A DNA stretch of 64,000 nucleotides from Candidatus Multivoradales bacterium. Its GTDB lineage: Bacteria; Acidobacteriota; Thermoanaerobaculia; Multivoradales; Multivoraceae. The position numbers and the translations under genes were made by a program. The stretch lies in the NCBI GenBank assembly GCA_965223325.1, contig CBDCWI010000002.1:3872001-3936000 (forward strand), read 5' to 3'. This document shows positions 38,468 through 47,480 of the stretch, piece after piece (positions within the stretch are counted from its first letter, which is position 1; each line of letters starts with the position of its first letter). The notes under the pieces were generated by a model. That model was given only the letters and a program-made list of their open reading frames with translations, searched no databases and was not told the origin of the DNA.

Positions 38468-40180
38468 ATGCGTTGGAGCCAGTACTACCTGCACACCACC
38501 CGTGAAGTGCCTTCAGACGCGGAGGTCACCAGCCACCGCCTGATGATGCGCACCGGCATGCTGCGCAAGCACGCCGCCGGCATCTACACCTACCAGCCCT
38601 TCTTCTGGCGTAGCCTGCGCAAGTTGATGGAGATCGTGCGCACCGAGCTCGACCGCGCCGGCGCGATTGAGCTGGCGATGCCCTTTGTGCAGCCGGCCGA
38701 GCTGTGGCGCGAGTCTGGTCGTTGGCGCGAGTACGGGCCGGAGCTCCGCCGCCTCGAAGATCGACACGAGCGCGACTTCTGTCTCGGCCCGACGCACGAG
38801 GAAATCATTACCGAGATCGTGCGTCGCGACGTACGCAGCTATCGCCAGCTGCCGGTGAACCTGTACCAGATTCAGACCAAGTTCCGCGACGAGGTACGGC
38901 CGCGTTTCGGTGTCATGCGGGCGCGCGAGTTCATCATGAAAGACGCCTACTCGTTCCACACCGACGAGGCGAGTCTCGACGAGGCCTACAGGGCGATGCA
39001 CGATGCCTACTGCAAGATCTTCGAGGCCTGCGGGCTCGACTACATCGTCGTCGAGGCCGACACCGGCTCGATCGGCGGTTCCTCGTCGCATGAGTTCATG
39101 GTGGTCGCCGAAACCGGCGAAGACGCGGTGGTGCGCTGCCCGGGTTGCGACTACGCGGCAAACGTCGAGAAGGCGACTACACGACTCTCTGCTTTTGCCG
39201 GAACAGGTGACGCGGGCGAGACCTACGAGACGGTCGACACGCCGGGCAAGGCAACGGTCACCGACGTTGCGGCGCAGTTGGGCATTGAGCCCTCCCAGAT
39301 GGTCAAGACCCTGATCTACGAGACCGATGCCGGTCTCGTTGCGGTGGCAATCCGCGGCGACCGCGAGATCAACGAGATCAAGCTCAAGAACGAAACCGGC
39401 GCCGAGTGGATCCGCCTCGCCGAGCCAGCTCAGGTAAAGCGCGCCACCGGCGCCCCCGTAGGCTTCGCCGGCCCCGTAGGTCTCGCAGACGACGTCCGCC
39501 TGCTTGCCGACCTGTCGACCGAAACCGACAAGAGCTTCGCCTGCGGCGCCAATGCCAACGACCAGCACCTCACCGGCGTGCAGTGGAAGCGCGACGCAAG
39601 TCCAGAGAAGTTCATCGACGTACTGCTGGTAGGCGCCGGCGACCTTTGCCCGAAGTGCGGCGAGCACCCTCTGGAGCTCTTCCGTGGCATAGAAGTCGGT
39701 CATATTTTCAAGCTCGGCACCAAGTACTCAGAAGCCATGGGTTGCAACTTCGCCGACGAAGACGGCCAGGACAAGCCGATGCTGATGGGCTGCTATGGCC
39801 TAGGGGTTACCCGCACGATCGCTGCGGCAATAGAGCAGGGAAACGACGACAACGGCATCATCTGGCCCCTGCCCCTGGCCCCCTTCCAGATCACCCTCCT
39901 GTCACTCAACGCCTCAAAAGACGAAGCAGTGCGCGAAGCCGCCGACGACCTGTACGAGACCTTGAAGGCGGCCAACTGGGAGGTGTTGTATGACGACCGT
40001 CCTGAGCGTCCAGGCGTCAAGTTCAAAGATGCCGATCTACTCGGAATCCCGCTGCGGTTGGTTGTTGGTGGGCGCTCGTTGGCTGAAGGCAACGTTGAGT
40101 TGGTGGAGCGTCGAGGCGGCGAGAAGGAGATGGTCGCTGTCGGTGATGTCTTGGCCGAAGCGGAACGTCGTTTGGGCTGA
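38468..40180 (+). CDS. proS: Proline--tRNA ligase with editing (INS) domain
   Basis: LGPTHEE, QTKFRDEVRPRFGVMRAREF, GIEVGHIFKLG, MGCYGLG. Confidence 0.97.
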   Translation: MRWSQYYLHTTREVPSDAEVTSHRLMMRTGMLRKHAAGIYTYQPFFWRSLRKLMEIVRTELDRAGAIELAMPFVQPAELWRESGRWREYGPELRRLEDRHERDFCLGPTHEEIITEIVRRDVRSYRQLPVNLYQIQTKFRDEVRPRFGVMRAREFIMKDAYSFHTDEASLDEAYRAMHDAYCKIFEACGLDYIVVEADTGSIGGSSSHEFMVVAETGEDAVVRCPGCDYAANVEKATTRLSAFAGTGDAGETYETVDTPGKATVTDVAAQLGIEPSQMVKTLIYETDAGLVAVAIRGDREINEIKLKNETGAEWIRLAEPAQVKRATGAPVGFAGPVGLADDVRLLADLSTETDKSFACGANANDQHLTGVQWKRDASPEKFIDVLLVGAGDLCPKCGEHPLELFRGIEVGHIFKLGTKYSEAMGCNFADEDGQDKPMLMGCYGLGVTRTIAAAIEQGNDDNGIIWPLPLAPFQITLLSLNASKDEAVREAADDLYETLKAANWEVLYDDRPERPGVKFKDADLLGIPLRLVVGGRSLAEGNVELVERRGGEKEMVAVGDVLAEAERRLG

Positions 40181-40232
40181 TTCGGGTTGTAGCGTTGATG
40201 TGGCGTGCCGTTGGCGTGGAGGTGTGCCAGGT

Positions 40233-40456
40233 CGCCGGGTGAGAACGGGGGACGTGCGCCTTCCGCGCCGCTCCAAGGCTGGTGTCGCGATGCAGTTCAG
40301 GTTGCTGACTGGGATCGTGTCATCGGCTTCGCCCTGATGGGAAGCGGCTGACCGCTCCCTGGACGCACGTCCCCCGCCCTCACCCTCTCGGTGTGATTCA
40401 CGGCCGTCAATGTGGTGGGGGGGGTGCACGCTCGTGCTTCGCACATCGCACTTGCT
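40233..40456 (+). repeat. Dispersed repeat, long copy 2 (stem plus core motif)
   Basis: Collinear with 46669-46890; stem arms 40237-40260 and 40361-40385; core motif 40412-40449. Confidence 0.85.
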
Positions 40457-40585
40457 CTTCTGGGTAGTGGCGGCGACCCGGAGCCTGGGTGTTTGTACTT
40501 GTGGTCTGAAGTCGACGTTCGGTGAGCCCATCGAGTTAGCCGACTCGGTCTCGAGAATGCAGGTATGTCTCCAGCTTGGCCGCGG

Positions 40586-40671
40586 GCGCGATGTGCGAAG
40601 CACGAGCGTGCACCCCCCTCACCACACCCGGGGGGCAGCTCGGACAGCCCTGAGGGTTTCTCACCCGGCGC
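40586..40671 (-). repeat. Dispersed repeat, short inverted copy 3
   Basis: Reverse complement reads GCGCCGGGTGAGAAAC...GTGAGGGGGGTGCACGCTCGTGCTTCGCACATCGCGC. Confidence 0.9.
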
Positions 40672-40920
40672 ACGCCTAACCGCACCCCAATCCCGCCACC
40701 GTTCCACCAAGAGAATCCATCAAGAAAACAACCAACACCCTGATAACCTAAGAAACCCGTGATGGACGAATCCTCTGAATCCGCCTCCGAACCACCGTCT
40801 AGAAACACCTACGACGGCCAGCACGCGACTGAGTCCCCACGGATCGCAGCCACGCAGCGCGCGCTAGAACCAGTCCCGCCGCTCGCTAGAGCCTGCTCGC
40901 CGGACTAGTTCCCTGTCCTG

Positions 40921-42312
40921 ATGAGTCAAACCTGGCTGGCTCTTGCCAGCAATCATGTTGAGACGGGGATGAGTCCCTGGGTGAGCGTTCTGCTTGCCGG
41001 CGTGTTGATCTTGATCAACGGCTTCTTCGTGGCGGCGGAGTTCGCGCTCGTCAAGGTGCGCTCGACCCAGCTCGAGCCCATGCGCGGAACCAAGCGCGGC
41101 GACCTGGCGCTCAAGATGCTCGACAACATCGACGCCTACCTCTCGGCATCGCAGTTGGGGATCACGCTTGCCAGTCTGGCGCTGGGTTGGATCGGTGAGC
41201 CGGCCTTTGCGTGGATTTTCGAGTCGATGTTTGGTGGGCTCGAGCTTCCGGAGCCCACCAGCCGGCTGCTGAGCGTTGTGTTGGCTTTCGTGACCATCAC
41301 CGCGTTACATATCGTCATCGGCGAGCAGGCGCCAAAGGCGATGGCGATTCGTCGGCCACGGCGCACTTCGGTCTTCGCTACCGTTCCGCTCTACGTCTTC
41401 TACATCGTCACCTACCCTGCGATCTGGCTCCTGAACGGAATGGCCAACGGCTTCCTGATGCTGTTCGGGGTCAAACCGGCGCGCGAGGGTGAGTTGGCGG
41501 TCAGCGAAGAGGAGATCCGTCAGATTCTCGCCGACGAGCACGAGAGCCGCCTGACCGAGGAGAAGCGCGAACTGCTCGACAACGTGTTCGAGCTCTCCGA
41601 TCGCATTGCTCGACACGTCATGGTGCCGCGTTCGGAGGTTGTCTTCCTCGACATCATGCTCTCGGTCGAAGAAAACCTCGAGACCGCCCGCGCCAGCGGT
41701 CACACCCGCTTTCCGCTTTGTGAAGAAGATCTCGACCATGTGCTCGGCATCGTGCACATCAAAGATCTCTTCCGAGCCAACAATCCACCCGCCGCGCTCG
41801 AAGACGTGCGGCGCGACACGTTCTTCGTGCCCGAAACCCAGTCGCTCGACGAGGTGCTCAGGCGCATGCGCACAGAACGCATTCACATGGCGGCCGTGCT
41901 CGATGAGTACGGCGGCATCAGCGGCATCATCACGCTCGAGAACATCATCGAAGAGATCGTTGGCGAGATTCAAGACGAGTTCGATTACGAGCTTCCCGAG
42001 GTCGTCAAAGAGTCCGAGGGGGTGTTCGAGGTCCAAGGCTCGACGTTGATCCGCGACCTCGAAGACGTGATTGGTGTCGACATCGCCTCCGGTGAGCGCG
42101 AAGAAGACACGGTCGCCGGCGCCGTTCTCTCCGAGCTCGGCCGTCGCGGTCAGGTAGGCGACAAGGTCGATGTCGGTCCGCTGTCGATCGTGGTGCGTGA
42201 GATCGACCACAACCGCATCGCCGCCGTGCAGGTGACGGTCAAAGACGCGATGGGCGAGGAGCTCGAGGAAAAGGTCGTCGAAGGTCTGGGGCCGGGGCGC
42301 GGCGCGCTTTAG
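40921..42312 (+). CDS. CNNM/TlyC family protein (DUF21 + CBS pair + CorC domain)
   Basis: NGFFVAAEFALV, QLGITLASLALGW.GEP, GEQAPK, VMVPR, DEYGG..G..TLENIIEEIVGEI.DE. Confidence 0.93.
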   Translation: MSQTWLALASNHVETGMSPWVSVLLAGVLILINGFFVAAEFALVKVRSTQLEPMRGTKRGDLALKMLDNIDAYLSASQLGITLASLALGWIGEPAFAWIFESMFGGLELPEPTSRLLSVVLAFVTITALHIVIGEQAPKAMAIRRPRRTSVFATVPLYVFYIVTYPAIWLLNGMANGFLMLFGVKPAREGELAVSEEEIRQILADEHESRLTEEKRELLDNVFELSDRIARHVMVPRSEVVFLDIMLSVEENLETARASGHTRFPLCEEDLDHVLGIVHIKDLFRANNPPAALEDVRRDTFFVPETQSLDEVLRRMRTERIHMAAVLDEYGGISGIITLENIIEEIVGEIQDEFDYELPEVVKESEGVFEVQGSTLIRDLEDVIGVDIASGEREEDTVAGAVLSELGRRGQVGDKVDVGPLSIVVREIDHNRIAAVQVTVKDAMGEELEEKVVEGLGPGRGAL

Positions 42313-42323
42313 GGGGCCGGACG

Positions 42324-42680
42324 GTGACTGAGGAGCATCACCAGTTCCGCGGCGGTCGCAAGCTGACGTGGCGGGTCGCCCGCTTGATCGAGTTGGCGCG
42401 TGAACTTCCCGTAGGAGAGAAGGCGCTCGCAGAGATCGACGAGTTCGACTCGGTCTATTGGTTCGACGACTCCTGGAAGCCGACTTGTCGCGCGGTCACG
42501 GAGCACGCGCTGCGCATCGAGCGCGCCAATCTCGACGCTCCGATCATCCTCTCCGAGCGTGGCCTGGTCATGGACGGCATGCACCGGGTCGCAAAGGCCC
42601 ATCTGCTCGGTCACCAAACGATCAAAGCGGTCCAGTTCCCTGTCGACCCGGATCCGGACGCTGAGGCAGAGATTCGATGA
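42324..42680 (+). CDS. Small ParB/sulfiredoxin-like domain protein
   Basis: PIIL..G.VMDGMHRVAKA motif; 118 aa. Confidence 0.65.
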   Translation: MTEEHHQFRGGRKLTWRVARLIELARELPVGEKALAEIDEFDSVYWFDDSWKPTCRAVTEHALRIERANLDAPIILSERGLVMDGMHRVAKAHLLGHQTIKAVQFPVDPDPDAEAEIR

Positions 42681-42699
42681 CCGGGTCGCGAGTCTGTCG

Positions 42700-42783
42700 A
42701 AGCGCGCTCGAAACGGAACCCGGCATTCGGTGACGGTGTTTCCGATCTCGTCGAAGTGGTCCCAGCCGCGGGTCTCGAGCGTG
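42700..42783 (-). pseudogene. Displaced, frameshifted copy of the ilvA 3' end
   Basis: Direct repeat of 43910-43992 with a 34-bp identical core; encodes TLETRGWDHFDEIGNTVTE / AGFRFERA with a 1-nt insertion. Confidence 0.88.
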
Positions 42784-43007
42784 GGACAACAGCCACCCGC
42801 TCGTTCCATTCCTCCAAGGCATGTGCTGGCGGTACGACGGAAAGCGACTCGAGGTCGTCTGGATCCGGCCAGGAGTTGGGAGTTGGCAGTTGGGCGAGGG
42901 AGTTTCGCGATGGCGGCGAGGACGACATCGACCTCGAGGAGAACGCCCAACTGACTGTCCCCTTACGAGCCTGAAACCAAGAGGGGAGACCAGGCCCAAC
43001 AAGAGGC

Positions 43008-43403
43008 TCACCAGATCAACGACAACCCGAACGTTTCAAGGGGGGCATCACGGCTGACCAGCGGCATGTTCTCAATGGAACTCTGTGCAGCGAGCATCCG
43101 GTCAAACGGATCGCGATGCGGCTGCGACCAATGTCCCGCTCTCTCTGCGTGTTGGATCGTGACAGCAAGCTCGCTGAGACCTGCACGGGACACCCAGCCA
43201 GCGATGTCCTGGACCAGCGTGTCAGCGCTCGGAAGCTTCCCGATCCTATGTTTGGTGCTGATCTCCCAGGCACTGGCGCTGGAGACAAAGATCTGGTTCG
43301 CCGGATCCTCAATGATCCGATAGGCCTTCTTCGAGAGCCTTGAGTCGTCGAACAACCACCACAAGAGAGTGTGCGTGTCGAGCAGGAACTTCAGCTTTCC
43401 CAC
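43008..43403 (-). CDS. vapC: PIN-domain toxin (VapC family)
   Basis: LLDTHTLLWW, SSASAWEI..K, HRDPFDRMLAAQ, LVSRD. Confidence 0.93.
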   Translation of the reverse strand: MGKLKFLLDTHTLLWWLFDDSRLSKKAYRIIEDPANQIFVSSASAWEISTKHRIGKLPSADTLVQDIAGWVSRAGLSELAVTIQHAERAGHWSQPHRDPFDRMLAAQSSIENMPLVSRDAPLETFGLSLIW

Positions 43404-43615
43404 GCCGCCAACTCCTCCTCGGGCAGCGGGTCAAAGAAGCTGTCATCGAGAGTCCCCACGAGAAGTCCGGGCTGGCGTTTCTCGGGAGGCGCCAGTGGGC
43501 AGAGCCTCGCGTAAGGCTTCCCGTTCTTTGAAATGACCACCTCTTCGCCTGCCTTCGCCCGTTCGAGCAGCCGGGAGAGGTGCGTCTTCGCTTCGTGGAC
43601 ATTGATCGTCTTCAT
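43391..43615 (-). CDS. Phd/YefM-family antitoxin
   Basis: MKTINVHEAKTHLSRLLE..GEEVVI..GKP.ARL; overlaps the toxin start. Confidence 0.93.
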   Translation of the reverse strand: MKTINVHEAKTHLSRLLERAKAGEEVVISKNGKPYARLCPLAPPEKRQPGLLVGTLDDSFFDPLPEEELAAWES

Positions 43616-43621
43616 CCAACG

Positions 43622-43650
43622 AGATTAGTCCACAAGAAAGACTAAGTCAA
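43622..43650 (-). promoter_or_regulatory. TA promoter (probably leaderless) with overlapping operator
   Basis: Minus strand TTGACT-17nt-TAATCT, 6 nt before ATG; inverted repeat TTAGTC-N9-GACTAA at 43625-43645. Confidence 0.75.
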
Positions 43651-43907
43651 CCAGATCTCTCCTGCGCCGGCCTCGGCTGGTAGGGAGCGGGGCCTCGCCG
43701 TTCCAGAGGACCTATTCGAGCTCTCCGACGCGCTCAGAGGATTCGACGGTGCGGAAGGTGCGCCACAGGTGAACCCAACGCAGAAGCGACTGCCTCAGGT
43801 TCCTGAATAGTGACGACGAGGCGTATGAAGTTGTTGTTCTTGCAGCCGCGACCAGGCGCACCTGTCGAAGTGGGTGGGTGGATACCGAGGCGTCAGGGCC
43901 GCGGAGC

Positions 43908-45116
43908 CTAAGCACGCTTGAAGCTGAAGCCAGCTTCGGTGACGGTACTTCCGATCTCGTCGAAGTGGTCCCAGCCGCGGGTTTCGAGGGTGAGCTCGAC
44001 GACGACGTCGCCGAGAGCGGCGTTTCCGAAGGTGCGTTGGTGGTGAACTTCGATGACGTTGGCTTCTGTGTCGGCTACCAGTTGGAGCAGTGACGCGAGG
44101 GCGCCGGGGCGGTCGCGGATCGTGACCTCGACTTGGATCATGCGGCCGTCTTTGGCCAGGCCGCGTTCGATGATCCGCGACAGGACGTTGACGTCGATGT
44201 TGCCGCCGCCAAGCACCATGGCGACGTTCTTGCCCTCGATGTCACCGAGGCGGCCGTTCATGACGGCGGCGAGTGCGGCGGCGCCGGCGCCCTCGGCGAC
44301 GGTCTTTTCTCGCTCGAGCAGCAGCAGAATCGCGTTGGCGATTTCTTCTTCGCCGACGGTGACGATCTCGTCGACGTGTTTGGCGACCATTTCGAGCGTC
44401 AACTGGCCGGGTTGCTTGACCGCGATGCCGTCGGCGAGGGTAACCGCGGGTTCCAGGCGCGTCGGTCTACCGGCCTCGACGCTCCGTTTCATCGACGGCA
44501 GCACGCGGGCCTCGACGCCGACGATGCGCACCTTGGGGCGCAGCGACTTGTAAGCGGCGGCGATGCCGGCAATCAAGCCACCGCCGCCGATCGGGACGAC
44601 GACCACGTCGAGTGCTGGCTGCTGCTCCATCATTTCGAGCGCGATGGTGCCCTGACCGGCGATGATCATCGGGTCGTCGAAGGGGTGCACGAAGGTGAAG
44701 CCATGCTCCTCCTCGAGCTCGCGGGCGCGGGCGTAGGCTTCGTCGAAGTCGGTGCCCTCGAGGCGTACGTCGGCCCCGAAGCTACGTGTGTTCGACACCT
44801 TGATAAGCGGCGTGCTCTCGGGCATCACGATGACCACCGGAAGGCCGAGGACGCCGGCGTGATAGGCGACGGCCTGGGCGTGGTTGCCGGCCGAGGCGCA
44901 GATCAGGCCGGCGGCGCGCTCTTTGTCGCCGAGGGTAGCGAGGCGGTTGAGGGCGCCGCGCTCCTTGAACGATCCAGTGCGTTGCAGGTTCTCGAGTTTG
45001 AGGAAGGCGTTCAGGCCGCAGGTCTTCGAGAAGTACTCGGAGCGCGGGCACGGCGTCAGGTAGACCGCATCGCCCAGCCGCTCGCGCGACTGCATGATCT
45101 CTTCGAGTCCAACCAT
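43908..45116 (-). CDS. ilvA: Threonine ammonia-lyase (medium form with one ACT domain)
   Basis: KLENLQRTGSFKERGA, ASAGNHAQ, HPFDD..AGQGT, PIGGGGL, C-terminal ACT (DRPGAL..LETRG). Confidence 0.92.
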   Translation of the reverse strand: MVGLEEIMQSRERLGDAVYLTPCPRSEYFSKTCGLNAFLKLENLQRTGSFKERGALNRLATLGDKERAAGLICASAGNHAQAVAYHAGVLGLPVVIVMPESTPLIKVSNTRSFGADVRLEGTDFDEAYARARELEEEHGFTFVHPFDDPMIIAGQGTIALEMMEQQPALDVVVVPIGGGGLIAGIAAAYKSLRPKVRIVGVEARVLPSMKRSVEAGRPTRLEPAVTLADGIAVKQPGQLTLEMVAKHVDEIVTVGEEEIANAILLLLEREKTVAEGAGAAALAAVMNGRLGDIEGKNVAMVLGGGNIDVNVLSRIIERGLAKDGRMIQVEVTIRDRPGALASLLQLVADTEANVIEVHHQRTFGNAALGDVVVELTLETRGWDHFDEIGSTVTEAGFSFKRA

Positions 45117-45145
45117 TGGCGGATGCTATCCCGCCGGCTTTCTCG

Positions 45146-46351
45146 TTACGGGTTGCGTTGGGCCAGAACGGGGGCGGTTGCCGCGAAGCGAGCGGTGTGA
45201 GTCTGATTCGCTGCGTTTCTCAGGCGGTGCAAGCGGCGAAACTCCGCATACGCCTCGCGCGCGAGGTCACCGTCGCCGCGCGCGGCGAGAGCTGAGCGGC
45301 GACGCAGCCAGGCGGTGGGGAACCCCGGGTTGAGCGCGATGGCGCGATTGGCCGATTCGAGTGCGTCGTCCAGCTGCCCGGCCAACAACTGCACGCTGGC
45401 GAGGTTCGAATGCACGATCGGTTCGGTGTCTTTGGTGTCGAGGGCAAGCAGAAAGGTCGCGCGAGCGGCGTCGAGATGACCGAGCTCGCGCTGTGCCAGG
45501 CCGAGGTTGTTGAGCGCGCCGAGACTTCGCGGGGTGATCTGGAGGGCCTGCTGCGCATAGAAGAGCGCATCGTTTGGGCGACCGGCATGGATCAGTCGTG
45601 CCGAGGCGAGCTCCCAGGTGTTGGCCAGAATCTCTCGCCAGCCGCCAAGGAGCGTCGCTCGCTCGTGGCGCTCGGCTTCGAGCGCTCGGGCATAGCGCTC
45701 TGCGTCGTGCCACTGCAGGCTGGTGCGTTTTCCGGTGCGCGCCGGAACGTTCATGTCGGCGATGCGCAGAGTGCCACCTTGTCGGATGGCGAGTGCCATG
45801 TGGTCGGAGTGGCTGACCGCGAAGGTGTTCTCGATGAGGGACGCTGCCGGATCGCGTTGATCAATCGCTTCGAGCGTTGCGTACACCGCCAGGACGGCGG
45901 CATCGCAGTCGAGCTCGATGGGTGCCTGATCGAACGGAACGCCGAGGTGGCGTGAGAAGAGGTCGATGAACAGGTGGTTGTTGCCGGTTCCGCGAAGCAT
46001 CCGGACTCCGGCTTTTGTCCAGCCGGCCTGGACTTGTTCGATGATCTGGGCGAGTTCGATCTCCTGCGTGACCACTTCGGCTGCAACCTGGTCGCGTAGG
46101 GAGGTGAATGTCTCCCAGGCTAGCTGGGCACGATCAGCGGCCTCGGGTTCGTCGGAGAGGCTTTTCTCGATCCAGAATTTGGCTTTGAGGCCCTGGTCGG
46201 CGTCGAGCAGTCGCTGGACTTCGGCCACCAGGGTTCGATGCGCTGGTGGCAAGGGGACTTCTGGAGCGGCGGCGTTGAGAGGCGCTAGCGGCAGAAGGGT
46301 GAGGGCACTGATGAGAGCAAGAGATGAGAAAGCAGCCGAATGGGTGGTCAT
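45146..46351 (-). CDS. Exported TPR protein with possible transglutaminase-like N-terminal domain
   Basis: Signal peptide; DCD..H..D pattern; C-terminal TPRs (ALNNLGLA, HSNLA). Confidence 0.7.
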   Translation of the reverse strand: MTTHSAAFSSLALISALTLLPLAPLNAAAPEVPLPPAHRTLVAEVQRLLDADQGLKAKFWIEKSLSDEPEAADRAQLAWETFTSLRDQVAAEVVTQEIELAQIIEQVQAGWTKAGVRMLRGTGNNHLFIDLFSRHLGVPFDQAPIELDCDAAVLAVYATLEAIDQRDPAASLIENTFAVSHSDHMALAIRQGGTLRIADMNVPARTGKRTSLQWHDAERYARALEAERHERATLLGGWREILANTWELASARLIHAGRPNDALFYAQQALQITPRSLGALNNLGLAQRELGHLDAARATFLLALDTKDTEPIVHSNLASVQLLAGQLDDALESANRAIALNPGFPTAWLRRRSALAARGDGDLAREAYAEFRRLHRLRNAANQTHTARFAATAPVLAQRNP

Positions 46352-46599
46352 TGGGTGCCGGCGACAACCGACTTAAGGGTGGGTGGGCCTCGCGGTCGCG
46401 GCGTCGTACCTCCGTTTCTTTGAATGTCTTGGGCCCGGTATTGGGCGGCGATGACCTATAGAAGCAAGATGTATACCAGTTATACGAGATAATGGATTGG
46501 TGGATTCAAGCTGTTGGAGTGCCAAGAATCGGGAGTTCGTGCCGGCTGTCTTGCCGTCTTTTGGTTGTTTCTGGATGTTGGATGGGTGGATGGTTGGTC

Positions 46600-46641
<42 letters not shown>

Positions 46642-46668
46642 TGGTGGGGGGGTGTGGGTCTGGAAGGG

Positions 46669-47046
46669 CGCCGGGTTCGAAACCTGGGGCGTGCGCCTTC
46701 CGCGACGGTCCTCGGCTGGTTCTTGGGTGCTGGTTCGGTATGGGGCTGCAGGTCTTTTGGGCGTCGCCTTGATGGTTGCCGCCTGACTGCTCCCTGGCGC
46801 ACGCCCCAGGCTCCGAACCCTCTCGTTGTATGCCCCGCCCGCTCAGTTTGAGGGGGGGTGTGCGCTCGTGCTCCGCACATCGCGCTTGCTGGTTCTTGGG
46901 TGCTGGTTCGGTATGGGGCTGCAGGTCCTTTCGGCGTCGCCTTGATGGTTGCCGCCTGACTGCTCCCTGGCGCACGCCCCAGGCTCCGAACCCTCTCGTT
47001 GTTTGCCACGCCCGCTCAGTTGAGGGGGGGTGGGCGCTCGTGCTTC
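46669..47046 (+). repeat. Dispersed repeat copies 4 and 5 (173-bp tandem duplication)
   Basis: 46715-46887 is repeated nearly identically at 46888-47046; stem arms 46673-46697 and 46796-46820; core motif at 46849-46885, truncated core at 47021-47046. Confidence 0.9.
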
Positions 47047-47053
47047 AGGCAAA

Positions 47054-47082
47054 TTGACACCCCAGAACGGCTCTGCTAATTT
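47054..47082 (+). promoter_or_regulatory. Sigma70 promoter of the tRNA-Val/thrS operon
   Basis: TTGACA-17nt-TAATTT with extended TG and a GC-rich discriminator (GCGCG). Confidence 0.75.
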
Positions 47083-47184
47083 GCGCGTTCTTCGGTGACA
47101 GCCGCCACTTGAATCTGGGGTTCTTCGGATCTCCTCGGTTCGAGTACCCCTCCAGGACGTCCCAGGCTTTGGTTGCCGATGAAT

Positions 47185-47261
47185 AGGCCCGTAGCTCAGC
47201 TGGTTAGAGCGCTACGTTGACATCGTAGAGGTCAGCGGTTCGAGTCCGCTCGGGCCTACCA
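47185..47261 (+). tRNA. tRNA-Val(GAC)
   Basis: 77-nt cloverleaf: acceptor AGGCCCG/CGGGCCT, anticodon arm CTACG-TTGACAT-CGTAG, TTCGA T-loop, encoded CCA. Confidence 0.97.
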
Positions 47262-47351
47262 GTGCGCGATCCAGGTGGGTCGGCTACTTGTTCAGGGCAG
47301 TCAGGCTTGGGTGTTGCTCGGGTCTTTTGCCCTTCTTTGGTGTCCGTACAG

Positions 47352-47428
47352 AGGCGCTTAGCTCAGCTGGTTAGAGCGCTACCTTCACACGGTAGAGGTC
47401 AGCGGTTCGAGTCCGCTAGCGCCTACCA
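47352..47428 (+). tRNA. tRNA-Val(CAC)
   Basis: 77-nt cloverleaf: acceptor AGGCGCT/AGCGCCT, anticodon arm CTACC-TTCACAC-GGTAG, encoded CCA. Confidence 0.97.
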
Positions 47429-47480
47429 GGCCGCCTGTGGGCCTGGCGTGCGGCCCCTACGCTCCCTTCCGTTTTCCGTC

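Noticed and set aside
40037-40808. ORFs sharing RSTSVHPP / CEARA peptides (also at 14184-14573)
   Set aside because: They are translations of the non-coding repeat, with inconsistent frames and no SD.
42790-42990. Gene fragment (YDGKRLEVVWIRPG / EFRDGGEDDIDLEEN) inside the TA islet
   Set aside because: Protein-like but split across frames and unassignable without a search.
47185-47428. tRNA-anchored genomic island
   Set aside because: No integrase and no displaced tRNA 3' fragment found; thrS follows immediately.
47262-47480. Long N-terminal extension of thrS
   Set aside because: Overlaps tRNA-Val(CAC); homology begins at ATG 47481.
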